Below, in pieces: positions 52,557 to 61,148 of a stretch of DNA of 64,000 bases. The position numbers were made by a program, and so were the translations under genes. The notes below the pieces were generated by a model. That model worked only from the letters and a program-made list of their open reading frames with translations. It made no database searches and was not told the origin of the DNA. The DNA comes from Paragordius varius (Eukaryota; Animalia; Nematomorpha): the NCBI GenBank assembly GCA_964247055.1, contig OZ176050.1, forward strand, positions 7,130,001 to 7,194,000. Direction: 5' to 3'. The first letter of the stretch is position 1; each line of letters starts with the position of its first letter.

Positions 52557-54851
52557 GTTATAAAGTTTCGTCCTTATACAAAAGCAAGAAAATTCAGCCT
52601 AAACATGAATTGGTTAAACGCAAAAAGCAGAAAGATAAACAGACATCTGCAAAAAAATTCCCCAAACATGACATTGCAGTTTTGAATCATGTGAATTTAG
52701 CAGCAAAATTAAACGAAATCTTAGGGAATAAAGGGCAATCATTCCTAATTTCACCATTCCTTATCAGTCATACATTGAATATTTTGACTGTTGGGACGAA
52801 TAATAATGAATGTAAGGCTAATGTTGATAATGTTTTAAACACACTTCATAACACCAACAATAATAATAATAATAATATGAATATGAAAAAACGTGCCAAT
52901 AAACTTTATATGGGACAAGGTATAAATCATAAAGATAAAAGGACAATTAAGGTCCGACCGATTGTGAATGATCAAGCGAGCATTCAGAATTTAAAATCCT
53001 ATATAGGCGGTAGTAACGATATTAGGGAAAGTGAGGATATTAATGCAAACCAACTCACAAACTTTTTCTTACATCGGTCTGTGGCCGACGTTTTTCAAGC
53101 AATCCTTGATTGGTTTCTTAGTCTTTTACCCGGTACAAATTACCAATACTTGAAGACACCATTTAACGTGATAAACGTTTTATACGTCCAAAAAGGTTAT
53201 AAACTCGTCAAAAATTACCTTAAAACTTTGAACAAATTGGAAAAGGAAAAAAAGGAATTAGTGATTCAAACAGAGGTGGGTGCACTTGAAGATACTGATA
53301 ATATTACAGCAGTAGTTTCCAAAATTCGATTTGTACTTAACACCGATTGGGCACAGGCTTTTGATCCAAAGTAAAATTTGGTTATATGAATCATTAAACT
53401 ATTTATAAACAAATTTAAATGTTATATAGGGTTATATAAATATATAAGTATATTTCTAAAAGCTAGGATAGCGAGTACTCTAAATATTATCATATTTATG
53501 ATAATAAAAAACTTTTTTAATTGTTTAGAAATAATGTCGATATAAATGTGGAAGAACCCACTCTACCTCCCGTCATCCCAACGACTCAAACCCCAGAAAT
53601 GTCTGACGAAACTACTTTGGAAACCACTTTTGAAACCACTTTTGAGCCCACGACAACCGAGATAATTGAGCCAAGTGAGATGACAACGGATGAAAACTTA
53701 TCCACAACGGAACCGCCGGAAGTAACAGAGGAAGTTACTCAAACGCCAGAGTCAACTATAACTTCAGAAGTGCCCGAAACAATTAGCACAGAAACTGTTG
53801 TACCCAGTGATGAACAAACTACTACACCTAGTAATGAAATTGAGGAAATAACTATACCACAACCTGTATCAACGACACCCAATGATATAGATTTTACAGA
53901 TGAATCCGAAACTGACGAGGAAAGTAGAGAATTTCCAGTTGATGACGATAGCGAGATATCCAAACGATCGATTTATTGGGAACGAATGCTATCTGTTCGA
54001 AATAAAAAACAACAGCCCAGCGATATTGAACCCGAAAACGGTATGGATGATGATGGCTTAGATACCGGCGACATGTTGATTGGACCACAATTGATGGTGG
54101 GACAGTTTAAAGCCAAACATGCTATGATTTGGAATAATGATGAGATAAAAGCTAGCATTTTACGTTTTGCCCTGCATGATAAACGATTTTTTTATGTGAT
54201 CAAACCTCAAACGGATACTATCAATGATAATGTATCGAGACGAAAAAGGCAAAGCTCTTCAGGTGATGAAACAACCACTTTGGATTCTATTAGTAAGTCA
54301 ATAAGCGCCAATCCAAATCTAATAATACAAATTATGGACCACCGTGTCGAAAAAAGTCAGGAACTTCAAAATGTTTCACTTCCCAAATTTAATCTCACCT
54401 ACAATAGTATTGATTTGGTCCAAATTCTCCCTAGCATAGGAATCGAATGTTTATTTGAGTAAGTAATTGACACTTTTGGTTTTTTGACAAATTTAGAAGT
54501 TTTTAATTATTAGTATATTTCCCTTTTTTTTATAGAAAGGAACAGATAAATAGTTTGATTCAAAATAATCCCAGTACAGTAACACACATCCAACACAATG
54601 CCACAATCCAGACTTATGAGACGGGTTTAATGTTGGAAAGTCAGATATTTTCCGAAATAAATGTCCAACAAGAAATGGATAAAAATGAAAATTCAGAATT
54701 AACCGTCGGACCTAATTCTGAACAACCGGTCGAAAATCTTTTGACACAAAAACGTTCTATATTTAAAGCGACATACGGGTTTATCTTTTTTATCGCAGGC
54801 GAGGATAAAAAAATTATAGGTTGGGGTCAATACCACCAAAATAACGCCTAA
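52557..54851 (+). CDS. Highly divergent serpin with mucin-like insertion; exons (52557)-53370, 53529-54458, 54536-54851; first exon not found
   Basis: Serpin motifs occur in order: FLISPFLISHTLNILTVGT, NVLYVQKGYKL, FVLNTDWAQAFD, ILRFALHDKRFFYVIKP, VSLPKFNLT..DLVQILPSIGIECLF, VTHIQHNATIQTYETG and FKATYGFIFFI...IIGWGQY. Both introns are phase 2 with GT/AG ends and conserve the frame. Confidence 0.85.
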
Positions 54852-55037
54852 TTTGCGCTGTATGAAACAGACTATTTTTAGCTTAAATAAATTTCTTTAA
54901 TTAATTAATTAATCCAAATTCCCTTTATTTTTTATGATGAGTAAGTCTATTATGTGCGCTAATAAATATTTTGATTTGATTGTGTTTAGAAATGTTTTAT
55001 ACCATAATATAAATTGTAGATGTTTATCTCAATGGAT

Positions 55038-55268
55038 TTATTTCACATTATTATCCTCTACCACAAGATTTGCACGGAGATTTTTTAGTTCCTCGATGTA
55101 ATCGGATATTTCTTTGATAACACCATTGATTAAAACGCTGGCTTCAGAGTTCTCATCTAGCGTTTTCCCATCATATTTGTTAGCTAATTTTTGACTAAGT
55201 TTGTGATAGGATTTGTAACGATTTTCGATTTCATTGATCAAAAGTGTAGTTTTGGTTGGCTTATCCAT
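55038..55268 (-). CDS. Small 76-aa predicted helical/coiled-coil protein, unknown function
   Basis: The ATG is in good context (TTTAAATG), codon composition resembles the real genes, and there is a heptad pattern in VIKEISDYIEELKNLRANL. It is convergent with the serpin. No family recognised. Confidence 0.55.
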   Translation of the reverse strand: MDKPTKTTLLINEIENRYKSYHKLSQKLANKYDGKTLDENSEASVLINGVIKEISDYIEELKNLRANLVVEDNNVK

Positions 55269-55460
55269 TTAAATATTGTTTAAATAATTATAAATATAAT
55301 AGTTTACAACTATAAAAAACTATTTATTAATGTATGTAGTATGTTAACAATCAATCTACAAATATTATATATTACTCATAAATTATGAAGTTAATTGAGC
55401 CTTATTAAATTATTATCAAAATATTGATCGCTAAAAATACGGTAATGCCTTAGTCTGGAT

Positions 55461-55815
55461 CAGGAGTGTTTGACATGCGGCCCTCGGCAACTTTGTTTGC
55501 GGCCCGCAAAAAAAATTTATTTTATATTTATCTTAAGAAAAGACACTTAAAAGTTTTTTAAGGACCAAAAAATCAAAAAACGCTGTTCTTAAAACCAGAA
55601 CCTTGGTCCATATAATTTATCTTTTTTAATATGTTTATTTGATATAATGTTAAAATTTACGAATTATGATTCATTTCAATATACTAGAAATCAGGAAAAA
55701 TTGGTGGTTAATTCGTTTAAATTAAAAAGTTTGTCAAATTGTAATTTAATTTTTAAAGGGTGACCCGCCGGATTTTAAATGGGGGCAATTTAGCCTTTTT
55801 TGTTGGATACCCCTG
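55461..55815. mobile_element. hAT-Charlie-type MITE (355 bp)
   Basis: TIRs CAGGAGTGTTTGACA and TGTTGGATACCCCTG match 11/15. Subterminal GCGGCCC motifs are present. The 8-bp flanks GTCTGGAT and ATCTAGGT fit the NTCTAGAN Charlie target consensus. Confidence 0.85.
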
Positions 55816-55939
55816 ATCTAGGTTAAAAAGATCATTAATAAATGGCAAATATGAGTGAAATGTGTATACTAAATATATGATTTTTTAAAAAATGGGTTCC
55901 ACACATTCTTAACCATTTTTTGATTGCGTTATAACAAAA

Positions 55940-56956
55940 TTAATATAAAGCAACTAAAAGACCAGCTAATATAGCACCAATCGTCATAATTGCAATAATA
56001 ATCCAAAGAGTAATAAAAAATCCATTGCACCAGGTTTGACAATTTACTAAGCTCTTGGGTTTAGCTAGATCAGAACTTTCGGTATCTTCCTCGTTGGGTT
56101 CATTTTGGTTACTGAAAGATGGTTGAATACTTAAGGGCACATTTGAATTGTGGAAATTATTATTATTGAACCCTGTTGTGTGCATTGTGGGATAATGTGT
56201 TGATGTCAAATTTGTCAGTGGATTGCAGTTAATATAAGGACCTGTAGTAGGTGCAGCACAATAATTATTTGGATACTGATATTGATAATAATAATTGATC
56301 CTGTTATAATCGTTGTAAAGATAGTTATTATTACAAGGTTGGTTGTTTTGGCATCCATTGTAGATTGGGACGTATTGATCATAAAAAGCTTCATCATTGG
56401 CATATATGGATTCTGGTAAATTGGGTGGTTTGTTGAACGTTGGAATATAAATGCATTCCTGATCTGCCGTTGGAAGCGGTAAAATGCTAGGAGGCTTTTG
56501 AATTTTGGAATTAGTTCCGTATGGCTCTTTACGTCTTGGCCAATACTGTTTTCTTTTTGCAGCCATTTCTGTTGTCTTACATTGTGAACCAATTATGGCC
56601 TGGGGTGTTATATTTATGACTGGTGCAAAATCGGGTATAGCACCTTTTTTACTCTTTTTCCTTTTTGATACAGTAGTAACTGGTTCAATACAAATAAATT
56701 TATCAGGAACCTTCATATATTTCCCATTTCTCCATGGTTTATAATAGCATTCCAATTCACCAGTTTCAGGGTTAATCATTATCAAGGCAAGGATTCTCAA
56801 AAATCCTAAAACGTGGTGACATGACAAACCCTGGTGAGGTACCATCTGACAAAAACATTGGCTTCCTACAACTGCTATATCTAACGTTTCTACCCAAGTT
56901 TCATTTCCTGGAAATATGAAGGGTTGGAATTTTCCCAAATTTTGATTGCCTACCAT
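55940..56956 (-). CDS. 338-aa ORF: Cys/aromatic-rich N-terminal domain, basic and Pro/Tyr/Asn-rich middle, C-terminal transmembrane tail anchor
   Basis: A long ORF in AT-rich DNA, ending in the ~26-residue hydrophobic FFITLWIIIAIMTIGAILAGLLVALY immediately before the stop. No confident family. Confidence 0.8.
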   Translation of the reverse strand: MVGNQNLGKFQPFIFPGNETWVETLDIAVVGSQCFCQMVPHQGLSCHHVLGFLRILALIMINPETGELECYYKPWRNGKYMKVPDKFICIEPVTTVSKRKKSKKGAIPDFAPVINITPQAIIGSQCKTTEMAAKRKQYWPRRKEPYGTNSKIQKPPSILPLPTADQECIYIPTFNKPPNLPESIYANDEAFYDQYVPIYNGCQNNQPCNNNYLYNDYNRINYYYQYQYPNNYCAAPTTGPYINCNPLTNLTSTHYPTMHTTGFNNNNFHNSNVPLSIQPSFSNQNEPNEEDTESSDLAKPKSLVNCQTWCNGFFITLWIIIAIMTIGAILAGLLVALY

Positions 56957-57182
56957 ATTTCAAAAATTATATCATAAAATTTTGTCTTGTAAAAATATTT
57001 CATCAAAATAAATTTTCACCAAAACTTTATGGCACTTATTAAAGAATTATAAAACTAACTCTAAATACAAATTAGAAAATCTTCTACACCAAAAATTATA
57101 GCAGTACCTTTTATGTTACATTTAAATTTAAGCGCTTTCTATGCGCAATATTTTTTACTTACCAAATAATGGGTTTAAACTC

Positions 57183-59339
57183 TCAAACAATATAAAAATT
57201 TGAATTTGTAAAATTACTTTGAAAATCGGAAAATGCAGACCCATTATCAATGATTCTTTGTCCAGGGAAAAAAGGTTGTTCAGATGGTCCTCCTACTACA
57301 AAACTTGAATTCATAACGTTATTCATTAAGGGAATATGAGCAATGTGAAATTTTTCATATATTTCTTCAGGTACATGCGGTTGTAATACATTTTTATATT
57401 GATTGGAGAGAACAGTTTTCATGTTCGTTTCCGTAATATTTTTTGATGAAATAATTCGGTTTACTATTTTTTCAGACTTTATGGGTTCATTTTTCTTCTG
57501 ATTTTGGGTGGATGATTGAGCATTAAGTTGCTCAACTGACGTTTGTATTGGTATTTCGTCATTATTAGTTTCCGTTAATTTGGTCTCTGTCGTATTTGCT
57601 GACTGTGATACATTTTGTTCAATGGCACGATTAGTAGTTAGAATGCTATTTGTGTTAACCCAACAATGTGGCAATGTGTTATAGATATAGTTGCCCTCCT
57701 TTTCAGTATATATGTTACCATCATAATTAGGGGGCATGACATGCATTTTAGAGTCATCTTGTTGTTTGGGAATTCTAGATGCCGAACTTCCTCCATTCGA
57801 TTGAGAGTTAAAGTTTTGCGAAAGCAATGGATGTTTCCTGATATAGTTGGATGGATGATATTTGTACTTATAAGTGGCTACGTATGACATCGGTTGAAAT
57901 AACATCCTTAAATTTTGTTGATTGATATAAGAATGATTATCGTTTGGAGTATACTCATATTGTCTTACACTACTATTTCGAATATTCTGATGTTGCATTT
58001 CCATAAAAACATTAGGGTTATTCATGAAATGAGAGTTATTACTTTTATTGTACAATTGTGTAAAATAACGGGATTCCAAAAAATGTTTGTTGTGATTAAG
58101 TGTAGGAGGTACCACCGCACCTGGAAAAAAGTTTTGCACATTAGTTCCTAAAATTTGATTCGCATCATATTGATGTATGTTTCGAGGATTAATGGGTTGA
58201 ATACTATAACTTTGACTATTTTTATTTCCCACAAAATTTAAGGAATACGAGGAGGTAACATTTCTTAATAAATTATGTGGTGACAATTGGGTTAATGATG
58301 ATACATTTTTATCAAGTTTTTCCATCTCATTGTTCCTTCCCACCTCATCCATCATATTATCGTTTCCGTTTTTTGTGTTGCTATTTGATACATTTTTCGT
58401 ATTACTAGCATTAATCGCATAATATGTATTAGAATAATGATAGTTTTGATTATCAAGTTCAAGTTTATTATATGGTGTGTGATTATTCGTAACTGGGTCA
58501 CACACCTCATACATCAGTTTCGGTTTATCAGGGAAAGTCAAGCTGTTTTCTCCAACAAAATGTTGTTGATTATCATTGATTACGCTAATATTATTATTAT
58601 TGCGATTGCTATTGTTTTTACTGTTTATGAGGCCGTTATGCGTAGAATTAATTTGAGTGTAAAATTTATTAGCTTCAATGTAATTATATGGGTTATATAC
58701 ATACCTCTTTTCAATTTCAGGTGAATGAATATAAGATGGGCCTGATTGTAATTGAGTAGAACTAATAAGAGGTTGAGTATTGGACTTCATATTAGTTACA
58801 GATAAAGTTGAGTGATTAGCTCCAACATTAATACATGATGTTGTGCTCAAATTTTCATTAGTGGTGTTATTCATATGCAATTTCTTGGGCGGTGGATCAA
58901 ACACCAACAATGAACTGATCAAAGATTTAGTTTTTGTAAAATTATCATGGTCTGGTATATGATCTATCACCGATTTGATTCCCACATTTTCATTGCCACC
59001 ACTACTGTGGGATAATGATTCTTGTTTAAATAGTGGTGGTACTGATGTGTTATTAATGGTTACAAAATCATGGTTTATCAAGTTAATATGGGATGTGTTA
59101 TTACTACTTCCTATGCTATTGTTCAAATCATCTGTAGTAAAATTCCATTGAATATCGGTCGAAGTTTCTGAAAGTGAGCGACTTTGTGTAGTTATTGAGC
59201 ATTCTTCCCCCTTATTGTTTTTATAATTGTTGTAGCAATTATTATTACTATTTTCATTTTTAATATCGTTCAAATTTTCTTTATAAAATTGATCGGATAT
59301 TGGAATGGTACAATTTTCTTTGGAGTAGTGTTCCTCCAT
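57183..59339 (-). CDS. 718-aa Asn/Ser/His-rich low-complexity protein (or a large exon)
   Basis: A 2157-bp uninterrupted ORF, far too long for chance at this AT content, with no recognisable domain. A possible 5'-UTR intron lies at 59475-59350 (GTAAGT..TAG). Confidence 0.85.
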   Translation of the reverse strand: MEEHYSKENCTIPISDQFYKENLNDIKNENSNNNCYNNYKNNKGEECSITTQSRSLSETSTDIQWNFTTDDLNNSIGSSNNTSHINLINHDFVTINNTSVPPLFKQESLSHSSGGNENVGIKSVIDHIPDHDNFTKTKSLISSLLVFDPPPKKLHMNNTTNENLSTTSCINVGANHSTLSVTNMKSNTQPLISSTQLQSGPSYIHSPEIEKRYVYNPYNYIEANKFYTQINSTHNGLINSKNNSNRNNNNISVINDNQQHFVGENSLTFPDKPKLMYEVCDPVTNNHTPYNKLELDNQNYHYSNTYYAINASNTKNVSNSNTKNGNDNMMDEVGRNNEMEKLDKNVSSLTQLSPHNLLRNVTSSYSLNFVGNKNSQSYSIQPINPRNIHQYDANQILGTNVQNFFPGAVVPPTLNHNKHFLESRYFTQLYNKSNNSHFMNNPNVFMEMQHQNIRNSSVRQYEYTPNDNHSYINQQNLRMLFQPMSYVATYKYKYHPSNYIRKHPLLSQNFNSQSNGGSSASRIPKQQDDSKMHVMPPNYDGNIYTEKEGNYIYNTLPHCWVNTNSILTTNRAIEQNVSQSANTTETKLTETNNDEIPIQTSVEQLNAQSSTQNQKKNEPIKSEKIVNRIISSKNITETNMKTVLSNQYKNVLQPHVPEEIYEKFHIAHIPLMNNVMNSSFVVGGPSEQPFFPGQRIIDNGSAFSDFQSNFTNSNFYIV

Positions 59340-60817
59340 TACAGGCCAGCTAATATATGTTTTATAGTCATTAGCATTACATTAAAAGGTATTTGTGACG
59401 CAAAAAAATAGAAGATTAAAAAACTAAGGATAAAAATCATAATAATTGTTTGATAATGCGCAAAGTATTACTTACACCTTTCTTTATATCATAGAAATAA
59501 TTTAATTTATTTCATTATATTAGTAAGGTAAGGAAGATGTATGCCAATGGAATTAAACCAAGATTCTTTCTTTGTACTTAATTTTGTCATGAATATTAAT
59601 GATGATACGTCTAAGTTAATATATCTTTTTTTTCCGAAAAAAATATCATATTAAAATATTTCCTGCAGAGAGACGTGTTATCACAAATAATCCATCCTTT
59701 TACGCATAGCGCAATTTCACTTTAAATAATAATAATGATAAATCTGAGGAACACAAAAAAAGAAAAGCTAATTTTGATATACTAAATAATTTTTATTTAT
59801 CATTTTTTATATTTTTTTAACTTTCACAATTGAAGAATTTTGATAAAAAGGTGTAAAATATCATTAGATAAGATAATACTATTTCTAATCATTTGAAGAA
59901 AATCCCTTTTTTTCTGTTGCCAGTTATGCAATGCAATTTGCTGTAAACATATTATTTTTGTCAACACCTATAGAAATGAAAATAGGTCAATATTAGGTGA
60001 TTTCTTTGACTTCAAAAATGATCCCTGATTTTAAAATTAAAATATATCATTTTAAAATTTATAACTAGATATTATTTATTTTAAAAGATAAGCTTGAGAC
60101 ATTGGAATTAAGCTGAAAACACAAAATTTTGAAAATAACAAAAATCTTGACTAGTTATCTCACAACAGTTAACTATAATTCATACATAATGATGAGATTT
60201 AAAATGTGATAAAATTATTTTATTTTTTATTCAAGCAGGAAGGAAGATCAAGTGTAATCCTATTTGTTCTAATAACCTTATTTATTAATATAGACTAATA
60301 TTTTTTTATATATCATATAAATATGCAATATTAAAGTTCACTTCTTATAAAAAATTACCCTGAATTATTAATAATTAATTGATAGAATTTTGACATGAAT
60401 TATTTTTTTAAATTAATTATTCGATTTTGCCCACATAATAATCAGATCGATTGGGATTTATTGTGAAACCATATGAAATATTATTTCAAATTTATTTTTT
60501 TATTTACGATTAGATATGCGTCCATATATATTAAAATTTTAAAAGTGCGTAATTTAAGCACTCATTGTTTTCCAGCCGCTCCGTTGAGGTATGGTTAAAA
60601 ATACAGTTTATTTAAAATGTTTTTTATGTTAATTTTTCCAATTAATGAAGTTTGAAATGCTGAGGCTCTAGAGTAGTGGTACTCACCAAAAAAATTCAAA
60701 GGGCTAAAAAAATATTTAGCGTGTTTCAAGAGTCCTAATACCTATGAGATTTCATAGCTGTTTGACACATTCTTAAATCTTTATACTCCAAATAAGTACA
60801 TCAAAAAATTTAATATA

Positions 60818-61148
60818 CCATTTACACTTCAAATTCACCCTTAAACAATTAAAATTTACCCTTGAACCAATCAATTTCACCCTCGAACAATTCAAATTCA
60901 CTCTAAAATAAATTTTGTAATTTAAATATTACCTATATTTTTTCATATTTCTAAAAACTGGAATTTCGTTTGCAATTTAAATAATATTAAAAAATGATAA
61001 ACTAAGTCATAAAGGAATAATTTCTTAGTAATGATTTACATTAGCCAGAAAACACATAATTTATGAATTTAAATTGTTCAAGGGTGAATTTGAATTGTTC
61101 GAAGGTGAATTTGAATTGTTCAAGGGTGAATTCGAATGGTATAAATGA
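60818..61148. mobile_element. Foldback/MITE with inverted arms of 21-bp tandem repeats
   Basis: The left arm is TA|CCATTTACACTTCAAATTCACCCT followed by 21-bp units (60818-60905). The right arm (61065-61147) carries the inverse units AGGGTGAATTTGAATTGTTCA and ends GAATGGTATAAATG. Confidence 0.75.

Noticed and set aside
53739-54158. Minus-strand ORFs 53739, 53894, 53973
   Set aside because: They are antisense shadows of the serpin exon.
55038-55268. Naming the 76-aa ORF HSBP1
   Set aside because: Only generic heptad similarity, needing a ~20-aa gap; not enough for a symbol.
56215-58724. Overlapping ORFs 56215, 56505, 57666, 57915, 58437
   Set aside because: They are alternative-frame or antisense shadows of the two long minus-strand ORFs.
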